Shown here: positions 1 to 8,953 of the stretch, piece by piece
Numbering within the stretch: the first letter of the stretch is position 1
Layout of the letters: every line of letters begins with the position of its first letter
Virus record (IMG/VR): IMGVR_UViG_3300009170_000007
Span: 1-58,560 of that record
Source of the DNA: a virus
Lineage: Duplodnaviria > Caudoviricetes
DNA length: 58,560 bases
Strand: one strand, 5' to 3'
The notes under the pieces: model-generated
The model's database searches: none
What the model was told of the DNA's origin: nothing
The model's input: the letters and a program-made list of their open reading frames with translations, nothing else
Position numbers and translations under genes: made by a program

Positions 1-8
1 AAAAAGAT

Positions 9-308
9 TTGACAAGGCGAGTGAAAGAACTTGAACAGCAACTCGCCAACGCGACCAAGCAGATCGTGATGCTGCGGGGTGCGCTTCATGGTGTGGTACT
101 GGCAACAGACCCGTGTGTGATGGTTCGCTACGCAACGGAAGTGCTTGCCGCCACGCAAGACCTATCCGGCTACATCCTCTGTGATGCGGAGCCTGTCGGG
201 GCTGTGGGCCTTGCCAATCGTCCAAACGGTGCTGACGAACCTTATGGGAACCTGTACGAAGAACTGGCAGAGGGAACGCCACTCTACAAAGCGAAGGAGT
301 TGAAATGA
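9..308 (+). CDS. Hypothetical early protein, probably 5'-truncated by the window edge
   Basis: Frame is open from position 3; coiled-coil-like start (RRVKELEQQLA); stop overlaps next ATG. Confidence 0.6.
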   Translation: MTRRVKELEQQLANATKQIVMLRGALHGVVLATDPCVMVRYATEVLAATQDLSGYILCDAEPVGAVGLANRPNGADEPYGNLYEELAEGTPLYKAKELK

Positions 309-616
309 GCAACAAATGGATCGACCTTCCCGGTCTTCCTCACATAGCCGCCGCAGTGTTGCTTACGTGGGAAATTGAGTTTTCTGCACAAGGTTCTTTG
401 TGGACCGTTTGGAATGGAAAACTGTGGGACTCCGATTGGAAATATCGGGGGCGTCCAAAACAACCCAAGACCCATGAGATTCTTCGTGAGTGTTGGAGCC
501 ACCCAGAGGGGTTCCTGACATGGAGAAAACCTGGTGAGTTACAGGGTCTTTCACCTGAGAAATGGGAACGCCTACCGGCTGGAGACATCACCGAGGAGTT
601 GAAATCATGTTCTTAG
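305..616 (+). CDS. Hypothetical Trp-rich protein, paralog of 58265..>58560
   Basis: AAGGAG RBS; shares W.DLP, WEI, RGRP.Q.K, ECW.HPE and R.PAGDIT with the ORF at the window end. Confidence 0.75.
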   Translation: MSNKWIDLPGLPHIAAAVLLTWEIEFSAQGSLWTVWNGKLWDSDWKYRGRPKQPKTHEILRECWSHPEGFLTWRKPGELQGLSPEKWERLPAGDITEELKSCS

Positions 617-777
617 AACTTGACATTATCTTGGGGAACTTGACAGACAAGATAGACGCTAGAACCAAGTTACTCGAGCGAGCCAAGGAGATACTTGAAC
701 AATGTTACCCATATCCTTCTGTTTCACGTAAATATCACACACTCCTTAAAGACATCGATAAGGTGCTGAAGAAATGA
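607..777 (+). CDS. Hypothetical protein
   Basis: GAGGAG RBS before ATG 607 (MFLELD); coupled to neighbours. Confidence 0.6.
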   Translation: MFLELDIILGNLTDKIDARTKLLERAKEILEQCYPYPSVSRKYHTLLKDIDKVLKK

Positions 778-917
778 CTCACACCGTAACCTGGACCTGC
801 TTCCGCTGTAAGGAACGCAAATGCTCTGTTCAAGGCTCTAAGTTTGTAGTGATAGGAAAGTACAAGCGGCGTGTCTGTCCCGACTGTTTAGCTGGAAAAC
901 CCAATGGCAATGTTTGA
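774..917 (+). CDS. Small zinc-finger protein (47 aa, not in ORF track)
   Basis: My translation MTHTVTWTCFRCKERKCSVQGSKFVVIGKYKRRVCPDCLAGKPNGNV; CxxC...CxxC; ATGA overlap with upstream stop. Confidence 0.65.
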   Translation: MTHTVTWTCFRCKERKCSVQGSKFVVIGKYKRRVCPDCLAGKPNGNV

Positions 918-1101
918 CCCAGCCGGAAATGATCGTTACCGGGAGATTACTAATCAACCCACCAACTCAGATGGTATATCTCTCAACCTTAGGTACTGTT
1001 CTATTTGTAAGAACCGTGTGCAAATCGCCGGCGGGAAATACATTAGAGGTACCTCCCGCCATAACCCTGGACGCTTTATCTGTAAGGATTGCAAATGTTA
1101 G
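904..1101 (+). CDS. Small zinc-finger protein
   Basis: CSIC...CKDC; similar to 774..917. Confidence 0.65.
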   Translation: MAMFDPAGNDRYREITNQPTNSDGISLNLRYCSICKNRVQIAGGKYIRGTSRHNPGRFICKDCKC

Positions 1102-1835
1102 TTGACCTGTGTTACGAAGTAGCCGCCATCCCCTCTTATCAATCCCTTTATACTGGGGTCAGGAAAGTGGTGCAGGGAATCACCCACTCCCTGGATACTC
1201 TACCTGAAGTCGACTTAGCTCAGCTAGGTTATCGGGGAGGAAAAATCCCTCAACTCATGCGTAACTACTTCAATCAGGAGGAAGTCAATGCAGCTAAAAC
1301 CAAGCTGGCCGCTCGCCGCAGTTCTCCGCACACATCCGTTGCTCTCAATACCCTGGGACAAAACAAAGACACTCGGTCTCAAGGGCACTGTATCCGTTCC
1401 ATCATTATTACTCAAACAACCAAGTGGACTGAAGTCGACATCATATACCGAAGCACGGAGCTCATTCAAAAGCACACCGCCGATTATGCCCTCTTACCAA
1501 TCATTCTTGAACAGCTTGGCCTGGCACACCCCCCCCGCATCTACCGGCTTTACTTCGCCAATTGCTTCCTTACCGCGCTCTTCGCTCCGATCCTCTTTCA
1601 GCATACCCACCCTATTGAGTTCTATGAACACCTAAAGAGGCACGATCCTCGGTACTACCGGACTTTCCTCAACGCCACGGCTAAGTTCTTCGAGCCAGAA
1701 TGCCGATACGCTTACAAGCATAGAGTAAAGATGTGGGAAATGACTCAGGCTAAACTGGACTGTCGTGCCTTAGCTAAATACTGCCAGGACAATGGCGCCT
1801 CTTTTCAGCCTGGGGAGTACCTCGATGAGTCTTAA
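1095..1835 (+). CDS. Divergent thymidylate-synthase-fold protein (paralog 1)
   Basis: GHC (catalytic Cys position) followed by YRSTELIQKHTAD, matching TS RSxD-x7-N/D spacing; AAGGA RBS before ATG 1095. Confidence 0.6.
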   Translation: MLVDLCYEVAAIPSYQSLYTGVRKVVQGITHSLDTLPEVDLAQLGYRGGKIPQLMRNYFNQEEVNAAKTKLAARRSSPHTSVALNTLGQNKDTRSQGHCIRSIIITQTTKWTEVDIIYRSTELIQKHTADYALLPIILEQLGLAHPPRIYRLYFANCFLTALFAPILFQHTHPIEFYEHLKRHDPRYYRTFLNATAKFFEPECRYAYKHRVKMWEMTQAKLDCRALAKYCQDNGASFQPGEYLDES

Positions 1836-2028
1836 GAATTTAGATGAAGTAGCCATCCTACAAAAGTACATCGTTGATCTTGATCAAGAGTTGTCAAGAC
1901 AGAAGGATGAAAATAGGATCCGGTTCATGTGTGCTGCCCTTTCCAGTACTCCGGCTAATGCCAACCCTGAATTAGCCGCTGACAGGGCTTATAATATCGC
2001 TATACACTGCATGAGAATAATTCAATGA
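1825..2028 (+). CDS. Hypothetical protein
   Basis: GGAG RBS; overlaps both neighbours. Confidence 0.6.
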   Translation: MSLKNLDEVAILQKYIVDLDQELSRQKDENRIRFMCAALSSTPANANPELAADRAYNIAIHCMRIIQ

Positions 2029-2831
2029 AATACCCCTCTTTCCAAGATCTACTGATGGATGTTCGGTTGGCCTTTTCCACAGCGCCCATTGTTAAGCCAA
2101 GTCATTGGCAGGGGACGCTGGTTCGTGGTAAGCCAGACATGGAGACTTATGAGATCCTCAACCACTCCTCTACCCTATGGTTACCGGATGAGGAACTAGA
2201 AGGCTATCGGAAAGACATTGAGCCTGACCTTCCATGGGCTGATGATCACTTTGAGGAAAGAGTCTGCGGCTATCCTCTCAACCCCGGTATTCAATGGTCC
2301 AAATGGAGATTAGGGAAAGGTGCCGACCAGTTCAGGGAGCCCAGTGGGAGGTTCAACCACAACTATATGGAGCGATTCTGGCCCCGCTACGCCCGTAAAG
2401 TTCCCGCGTCCGATAGACCACAACCCCAGTTTCTTTTAGGTTTGACTCCACATAGGGGAATCCTCTATGAGTATGGTGACTTGCATAGTGTAGTCGAGTT
2501 ACTAGCTCGGGAGCCCCTCACTCGTCAAGCCTTTCTACCTATATTCTTTCCAGAGGACACCGGAGCTGTCCATAAGGATCGAACTCCCTGTACCTTAGGC
2601 TACCATTTCATAGTCCGGAACGACCAGCTGCATGGCGTTTATTATCTTCGCTCCTGTGATGTTACTAATCACTGGCGAAATGACATCTACATGGCCATTC
2701 GTCTGATAATATGGATATTGGAACGGTTAAGGACCGTTCAACCCGAGGCCTGGGAAATGATTAGTCCCGGGACTCTTACAACTCACATTACCTCACTACA
2801 CTGCTTCCGTGGAGAATACTCAAAGCTTTGA
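2025..2831 (+). CDS. Thymidylate-synthase-family dCMP-modifying enzyme (hydroxymethylase/methylase-like)
   Basis: TRQA, RTPCT (catalytic Cys), YYLRSCDVTNHWRND, HITSLHCF; Asp at the E. coli TS Asn177 position as in T4 dCMP hydroxymethylase. Confidence 0.85.
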   Translation: MKYPSFQDLLMDVRLAFSTAPIVKPSHWQGTLVRGKPDMETYEILNHSSTLWLPDEELEGYRKDIEPDLPWADDHFEERVCGYPLNPGIQWSKWRLGKGADQFREPSGRFNHNYMERFWPRYARKVPASDRPQPQFLLGLTPHRGILYEYGDLHSVVELLAREPLTRQAFLPIFFPEDTGAVHKDRTPCTLGYHFIVRNDQLHGVYYLRSCDVTNHWRNDIYMAIRLIIWILERLRTVQPEAWEMISPGTLTTHITSLHCFRGEYSKL

Positions 2832-2892
2832 AGAACTCTGGGCTGAACTCAAATTTCAGCTCAATCTAACCGACCATGACCTGGAGAACCAA

Positions 2893-3792
2893 ATGAAACC
2901 TCTTGTTATCTACCACGCCAACTGTGCAGATGGATTCGGAGCCGCTTACGCTGCATGGACCCATCTGGGCGACCACGCGGATTATGCTCCCGCCAATTAC
3001 GGAGATTGTGTGATTAGTGCTGATAGCATCTTGATTGGCGAAGACACCTACGTAGTTACCGATCGTTGGGTATACATCTTGGACTACTCTTTGCCGGTTT
3101 CTGAGATGCATCTGCTCATGAAGATCTGTCCACGAGTAATCTGGCTAGACCATCATAAGACGGCCATCGAGAACTGGGTCGGGAAAGGGGCTCTGGATGA
3201 GTTTGTTAGCATCAATTCTTCTACCAACATCCGACTCAATAATGAGAAGTCTGGGTGTCGTCTAGCTTGGGAGTTCTTCCATACCGAGGAACCCCCCATG
3301 GGATTACGACACATCGAGGACTGGGATCTGTGGCGCTTCACGATGGCCGACACTAAGGCTTACTGTGAAGGACTACGTCAAGTACCCCAGAATTTCGAGG
3401 CCTGGGAAGAAGTCATGCATTCTCCTGATCTCCACTGGAAGACCATCCGGGTGGGGGAAACACTGCTGAAGTCTCAAGCTATCCGGATCAATAAGGTAGC
3501 TCACGGAAAGTTGAACGCCATTACCCTTCACGACAACGAGGGTACTCCTCACACTTTCAATAGCATCAACGTCTGCAATGACATCAGCGAAACGGGTAAT
3601 GCGATTTGCCTTCGTACCGGTTTGCCCAGTGCCACCTTCTTCGTCAATCTCAATGAAGTAGTCATCTCTCTTCGATCAGAGGGTGACTTCGACGTTTCCC
3701 GAATCGCCAAGCACTACGGGGGCGGTGGACACAAGAACGCAGCTGGATTCAAGATGAACACTACCATCTTTTTCAACACCATCTGGAAATGA
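2893..3792 (+). CDS. DHH/DHHA1 family phosphoesterase
   Basis: YHANCADG, ILDYS, LDHH, C-terminal GGGGHKNAAGF; GGAG RBS before ATG 2893. Confidence 0.9.
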   Translation: MKPLVIYHANCADGFGAAYAAWTHLGDHADYAPANYGDCVISADSILIGEDTYVVTDRWVYILDYSLPVSEMHLLMKICPRVIWLDHHKTAIENWVGKGALDEFVSINSSTNIRLNNEKSGCRLAWEFFHTEEPPMGLRHIEDWDLWRFTMADTKAYCEGLRQVPQNFEAWEEVMHSPDLHWKTIRVGETLLKSQAIRINKVAHGKLNAITLHDNEGTPHTFNSINVCNDISETGNAICLRTGLPSATFFVNLNEVVISLRSEGDFDVSRIAKHYGGGGHKNAAGFKMNTTIFFNTIWK

Positions 3793-3793
3793 C

Positions 3794-4072
3794 ATGAAAA
3801 CTATCTTCGTAACTCCCGACACCCTAAAGGATAGCCCTGAGCTGAACATGATTCGCAAAGCGTTAGCGGCTGAGCTCATCGAGCTTTCCCGACCTCTGGA
3901 ACTGGTGGTGGATGATGAGATCATGGATCATCTATTGATCGTTATCAGTAACTTATGCTCAGAAATACCCCAACCCAAAGAGATATACGACCGGCTCCTC
4001 GGCAAGGGATATAAGCACCCCGCGGGATGGGCACCTAACGAAACCCACCCCACCCCTGAGCAAGTTCAATGA
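3794..4072 (+). CDS. Hypothetical protein
   Basis: Fills operon gap; ATGA overlap with next gene. Confidence 0.65.
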   Translation: MKTIFVTPDTLKDSPELNMIRKALAAELIELSRPLELVVDDEIMDHLLIVISNLCSEIPQPKEIYDRLLGKGYKHPAGWAPNETHPTPEQVQ

Positions 4073-4545
4073 GAATTTCCCGGGACGAGCAAATGGCTTA
4101 CCATGCCCTCGTCACCTCTCTTCGCTCTACCTGTGGACGAAAGATGGTGGGGGCTATCATAGCCAGAGAGGGGAGAATCATATCCTCGGGCTATGCTGGG
4201 CCTCCCTCGGGATTCCCTCATTGCAACAGGGCCTGCACGGTGGCCTCAAGCGCCATGGGTGGATGTCAACGCACCATTCATGCCGAGCAGAACGCTATCG
4301 CTTACGCCGCTCGACATGGCATCTCTACCGATGGGGCAGTCTTGTATAGCACGTTGTCTCCCTGTACAAATTGTGCAAAGCTCCTGATCAATGCTGGGAT
4401 AAATGCTGTAAAATACATTGAACAGTACCGGGACGCCTCCGGAATTGAATTACTTACTTCAGCTGGAATACCATGTACAACAGTGAATGTCAACTCTGCA
4501 ATCTTCACAAATCTTCAGCAAGCATATGTATCCCAGCCACTTTAG
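4069..4545 (+). CDS. dCMP deaminase family Zn-dependent deaminase
   Basis: RSTC...VGAII, HAEQNA, SPCTNC motifs. Confidence 0.9.
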   Translation: MRISRDEQMAYHALVTSLRSTCGRKMVGAIIAREGRIISSGYAGPPSGFPHCNRACTVASSAMGGCQRTIHAEQNAIAYAARHGISTDGAVLYSTLSPCTNCAKLLINAGINAVKYIEQYRDASGIELLTSAGIPCTTVNVNSAIFTNLQQAYVSQPL

Positions 4546-6956
4546 CCGAAGAGTCTACTGATGTCTTAGTCATTGGCGATGCTCCAAGTGTCTCCGACGC
4601 CAATGCCGGTGCTTACCTCCAGGGGAAGCTGGGAGCTGAGCTCTATCGAGCGATGGATAAGATTGGCATCGAACACTTCGCTTACACTGGGGTAGTCAAG
4701 TGCAACCCGCCAGATGGCAAAAAGCCCGAGCCCGCTGAGGTCAAAGCCTGTTCCCATTACTTACAACAAGAGATAGCCCGGTTACGACCCAAGTTCGTTC
4801 TGGTGCTCGGGGCTACCGCAGTAAAGTCAGTCTGTAAAGAGGCCCGAATCACTGGTGTCGTAGGTAAGGTCATTGAGCGGGACGGCATCAAGTACATGCC
4901 TTGCTTCTCTCCGGCTTATGTTCTGCGTGATCCAGGGAAAGCTCCTGAGTTCAATCGGACTATGGCTAGGTTCAGGGATATGGTAAGAGGGAAGACCCAG
5001 ATTACCACCGAACTCAAAATCCGTATCATCGACCGATCTAACCTGGATGAGTTTCGAACCAAATTCCAGTTAGAGCGTGAGTTTGTATGTGACCTAGAAA
5101 CTTCTGGGCTGGACCATTTTCAACCAGCCTCATACATCAACTGTGTGGGGATGTACCTCCCTTTGGCAGGGGAAGCCTGGGTCTTACCGATACGCAAAGC
5201 TCCAACCCTTCCGGAGGAGACTCAACGTCGACTGCTTGAATGGATGTCCAGCTTAAGCATTCCGGTCATCAACCAAAACTGGAAATTCGACTCACTCTTC
5301 CTGTACCATAAGTTCGGAGTGTCATTCTACAACCGGGATGACACGATGCTTGCTCACTATAACCTGGACGAGAATACCCCGCATGGCCTGAAGGAGAATG
5401 CTAGGTTCCACCTGGATGCTCCTGACTATGATCTGACCACGGCGGAAAAGAAGGGCAATACCACGGCTACTAAGCTCTTCACGTATTGCGCCTGGGACTG
5501 CCACTACACCTATCAGCTCAGGAACCTGTATCGTAAGGACCTGATGAAGGACTTGGAAACCCGAAATATCTATCAGCATCTGACCATGCCCGCCTCCAGG
5601 ATGTACGAGGTTATCGAGCGGGAAGGCCACTTCGTCAACCTGGATAAGTTCCGTGCAACAGAACAGGAGCTATCCACTAAGCTCAAACTGGCAGAAGCTA
5701 AACTCAACCATTCTCTAGGACACCCCATCAATTGGAACTCTCCCGCTCAGGTTGGAAAGGCCCTTTACCATGATCTGGGATTGACTCCATCGGTCTTTAC
5801 GGACAAGGGAGCGGCCAGTACCGGGGAAGAAGCTCTATCCCATCTGGACCACCCCATCGTCAAACAACTGGTGGATTACCGGGAGAATCAGAAGTTTCTC
5901 TCCACCTACATCGAGGGATGGAAGGAATTCATGATCGGCCCCTATCTATACCTTGGGACTAAGCTCCATGGGACGGTCACTGGACGTTACTCTTCACGAC
6001 TCCACCAGGTACCACGTGACGGGACCATCCGCAACCTGATCGAAGCCCCTCCAGGATGGACCTTTGTACAAGGTGACCTCTCCCAAGCTGAACTGAGGGT
6101 CATCGCCATTGTTTCTCAAGACCCAGAACTGGTCAAATGCTATCGAGACGGTATTGATGTTCACTGGAGGACTACGGTTGGGGTTCTTCGGTTAGGGGGA
6201 AGTGAAGCTGATCTTCAAATGGCCAGAGAGACTGTAGCCAAGACGGGGTCAGGTATGGAGCCTCTCTCCATGTCAGAGGTATTAGACCAGTTAGAGGCTA
6301 TGGGACCGGATATGGCTGTGCAACTGGAAAAGCGTTGGAAGGAAAAGCGGAAGCAGTCCAAGGGAATTAACTTCGGGTATGTTTATGGGATGGGAGCTAA
6401 CAAGTTCTGTGAATATGCCAAGCTTAAATATGAGTGGGACGTAACCTTCTCTGAGTCTACCAATATACGCACAGGATTCTTTGGGACTTACCATTTTCTA
6501 CCGGCCTGGCACAAGCGTCAACGGGACCTAGTCAAAATCGATGGGTTCGTTAGGTCTCTATCGGGTAGAAAGCGTCGTCTACCGGGGATCTGGTCTCCAG
6601 ACCGTATGGTCTCTTCTGAAGCTGAGCGTCAAGCAATCAACTCTCCAGTCCAGGGGTTCATTGGTGACCTGAAGGTCATGGGGATGCTAGATATCTATGA
6701 GAAGATTCAACTTCTGAACCCAGACAAAATCCGGATGAAAGGTGAAGTACATGACTCTATCCTCATGTGGGTCAAAACCGAGTACTTGGATGAAATCTTA
6801 CCGCAGGTAAAAAGATGTATGGAGAAACCCACCTGGCTGGACCAATTTGACATAAAATTACCTGTTCCCATTGTAGCTGACATCGAAGTTGGCCCTTGGG
6901 GAGCTGGCAAACCTTGGCATGGAGAAAAGCAATGCTTAAACTGTTCGATGCAATAG
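4473..6956 (+). CDS. polA: Family A DNA polymerase with N-terminal family-4 UDG-like domain and 3'-5' exonuclease
   Basis: CQLC..GDAP..VVKCNPP..C (UDG-4); DLETSGL, NWKFD, YCAWD (Exo I-III); DLSQAELR, KGINFGYVYG, VHDS (motifs A-C). Confidence 0.95.
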   Translation: MYNSECQLCNLHKSSASICIPATLAEESTDVLVIGDAPSVSDANAGAYLQGKLGAELYRAMDKIGIEHFAYTGVVKCNPPDGKKPEPAEVKACSHYLQQEIARLRPKFVLVLGATAVKSVCKEARITGVVGKVIERDGIKYMPCFSPAYVLRDPGKAPEFNRTMARFRDMVRGKTQITTELKIRIIDRSNLDEFRTKFQLEREFVCDLETSGLDHFQPASYINCVGMYLPLAGEAWVLPIRKAPTLPEETQRRLLEWMSSLSIPVINQNWKFDSLFLYHKFGVSFYNRDDTMLAHYNLDENTPHGLKENARFHLDAPDYDLTTAEKKGNTTATKLFTYCAWDCHYTYQLRNLYRKDLMKDLETRNIYQHLTMPASRMYEVIEREGHFVNLDKFRATEQELSTKLKLAEAKLNHSLGHPINWNSPAQVGKALYHDLGLTPSVFTDKGAASTGEEALSHLDHPIVKQLVDYRENQKFLSTYIEGWKEFMIGPYLYLGTKLHGTVTGRYSSRLHQVPRDGTIRNLIEAPPGWTFVQGDLSQAELRVIAIVSQDPELVKCYRDGIDVHWRTTVGVLRLGGSEADLQMARETVAKTGSGMEPLSMSEVLDQLEAMGPDMAVQLEKRWKEKRKQSKGINFGYVYGMGANKFCEYAKLKYEWDVTFSESTNIRTGFFGTYHFLPAWHKRQRDLVKIDGFVRSLSGRKRRLPGIWSPDRMVSSEAERQAINSPVQGFIGDLKVMGMLDIYEKIQLLNPDKIRMKGEVHDSILMWVKTEYLDEILPQVKRCMEKPTWLDQFDIKLPVPIVADIEVGPWGAGKPWHGEKQCLNCSMQ

Positions 6957-8113
6957 CTCAACACAACTCACCAACCGATAAGGTAAGGCTCCTGAGGGAG
7001 TATCCTTACCAAGCGGACCTGAAGGAAGTTCTAAGATACGCTCTTGATCCCTTCATCACCTTCGGAATCACCTCGATGGTTCGCCCGACTCACTGGGCTC
7101 CCCAAAATGAGGACCAAGCGCATCAGCTACTGGACCTGATGTCACTCCGAAAACTTACCGGCAATGAGGCGAGGGTTAAGCTTGGGGAATGCATGAGGGA
7201 CGCCGAAGATTTCGAAGTGTACCTGAGGATCATTCAGAAAGACCTTTGTTGTGGGCTAGGCCCTAAGCTGGTGCTTCAAGCTTACCCCGGACTGATAAGG
7301 CAGTTTGACGTTATGCGAGCGGCTAAGTTCACCACTCTTCCAACTCGGGGAAACTTCGTCATCGAGCCCAAGTATGATGGTCTTCGATGCATCGCCATGG
7401 TTGATGAGGGAGCCGTCACTCTGCTCTCACGCAATGGGAAAGAGTTTACCTCTTCAGACCATCTGAAGGATTCCATTCTGAAGCTAGGCCGCAATGGAGT
7501 ATTCGACGGGGAACTTACCTCAGGGAACTTCAATTCCTCAGTCTCAGCGGTCAAACGGAAATCAGAACAGAATGACTCTACGGTTTACAACATCTTCGAT
7601 TACCTGGACCCGGATGAATGGAAAACCCCGGTCAATTCCTGGCGTCAGCGACGTTTTAAGCTCACAGAAATGTTTCGGGCAGGTACGCCATCAGGGTTGG
7701 TTTTGACGCCCGCGTACGACCTCTCCTCGGAAGCCGACGCCTTCAAATACTACAACCAGTTTCTCAACCTGGGCTATGAGGGTGGTATCGTGAAGAATGC
7801 CAGAGGTATTTATCGCTTCTCTCGGCATCGGGACTGGATGAAGTTGAAGGAAACCAACGATGCGGATCTTCGGGTAGAATCTCTGGTTGAAGGTGAAGGC
7901 AAGTATCGGGGTATGTTGGGAGCCGCCATCGTCTTCTACAACAACAAACGGGTCAGCGTAGGATCTGGATTCTCAGATGAGCAACGGGAGTTGTTCTGGC
8001 AAAACTCCAACTTGATCCTGAAGAAAGTCATTGAGATTCACTACCATCAGGTGACCCCAGAAGGTTCTCTGAGACATCCCCGGTTCATTAAAATCAGGGA
8101 AGACAAGTCCTGA
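6932..8113 (+). CDS. lig: ATP-dependent DNA ligase
   Basis: EPKYDG adenylation motif, FDGEL, YEGGIVK, WMKLK, VGSGF, SLRHPRF. Confidence 0.95.
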   Translation: MLKLFDAIAQHNSPTDKVRLLREYPYQADLKEVLRYALDPFITFGITSMVRPTHWAPQNEDQAHQLLDLMSLRKLTGNEARVKLGECMRDAEDFEVYLRIIQKDLCCGLGPKLVLQAYPGLIRQFDVMRAAKFTTLPTRGNFVIEPKYDGLRCIAMVDEGAVTLLSRNGKEFTSSDHLKDSILKLGRNGVFDGELTSGNFNSSVSAVKRKSEQNDSTVYNIFDYLDPDEWKTPVNSWRQRRFKLTEMFRAGTPSGLVLTPAYDLSSEADAFKYYNQFLNLGYEGGIVKNARGIYRFSRHRDWMKLKETNDADLRVESLVEGEGKYRGMLGAAIVFYNNKRVSVGSGFSDEQRELFWQNSNLILKKVIEIHYHQVTPEGSLRHPRFIKIREDKS

Positions 8114-8138
8114 CATCCGGGCCTGACCCTGATATAAT
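8110..8138 (+). promoter_or_regulatory. Sigma70-type promoter
   Basis: CTGACA-17 nt-TATAAT upstream of AAGGAG RBS of 8192. Confidence 0.7.
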
Positions 8139-8191
8139 GAATTTGTCGGCCCTGGCTGGCACTGGTTACCACCACTTTCAAGGAGAATCAA

Positions 8192-8953
8192 ATGTCTGAC
8201 CTCATCCTCCCCTCCGCGGTTTATTCGGAGACCCATTCCCCCAAGCTGTCTGATCAATACGTTCATATCAAGACGGCAGATGTTCTTTCACGTTTTCAGG
8301 ACATGGGTTGGGAAGTTTCTTCGGCCAACGCGGCTAAGCACTCGAAGACCCCTCAGTTCGCACGCCACGCTATCCGTCTGCGTCATAAAGACTTTCCGAT
8401 GCTGGATACCGACAACGTGGTGCCTGAACTCATCGTACTCAACTCCCACAACGGTTCCTGGGCCTTGCGTATGGCTCTGGGCATGTTCCGTATGGTTTGC
8501 TCCAACGGCATGGTCGCCGGATCGCTCTGGGGTGGCATCGCTCTGAAGCACTACCGGATCAAGGACTTGGAAGAAAAGGTAGTCCAGGTCACCCATGAGA
8601 TCGATGGACTCAGCCACAGGCTGTCTGACAGCATCAAGCACTGGTCGGATGTTCAAGTCCCCCTGAAGGAACAACAGGAGTTTGCTCAGAAAGCTATCGC
8701 CATTCGGTGGGGCAATCGCAATCCTCTTACCGTTGAACAACTTCTGGAAGCACGTCGCCCGCAGGACATGGGAAGTGACCTCTGGAAGGTTTTCAACCGG
8801 GTACAAGAAAACCTGACCCAGGGTGGTATGATGGGCAGGTCGTCCAGTGGAGCTAACCTAAAGCTTCTCCCCGTCCGCAATGTCAAGCGGGACTTCAAGT
8901 TCAACTCCCAGCTCTGGGATCTGGCTAACGAATTCGCGAAGGAAGCAGCATGA
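8192..8953 (+). CDS. DUF932/DUF945-family protein
   Basis: LNSHNGS...GMFRMVCSNGMV, DLWKVFNRVQEN, NSQLW motifs. Confidence 0.85.
   Translation: MSDLILPSAVYSETHSPKLSDQYVHIKTADVLSRFQDMGWEVSSANAAKHSKTPQFARHAIRLRHKDFPMLDTDNVVPELIVLNSHNGSWALRMALGMFRMVCSNGMVAGSLWGGIALKHYRIKDLEEKVVQVTHEIDGLSHRLSDSIKHWSDVQVPLKEQQEFAQKAIAIRWGNRNPLTVEQLLEARRPQDMGSDLWKVFNRVQENLTQGGMMGRSSSGANLKLLPVRNVKRDFKFNSQLWDLANEFAKEAA

Noticed and set aside
2025-2831. Ordinary thymidylate synthase (thyA)
   Set aside because: Asp rather than Asn at the specificity position and lack of the usual GLPFN context; thyA label not supported
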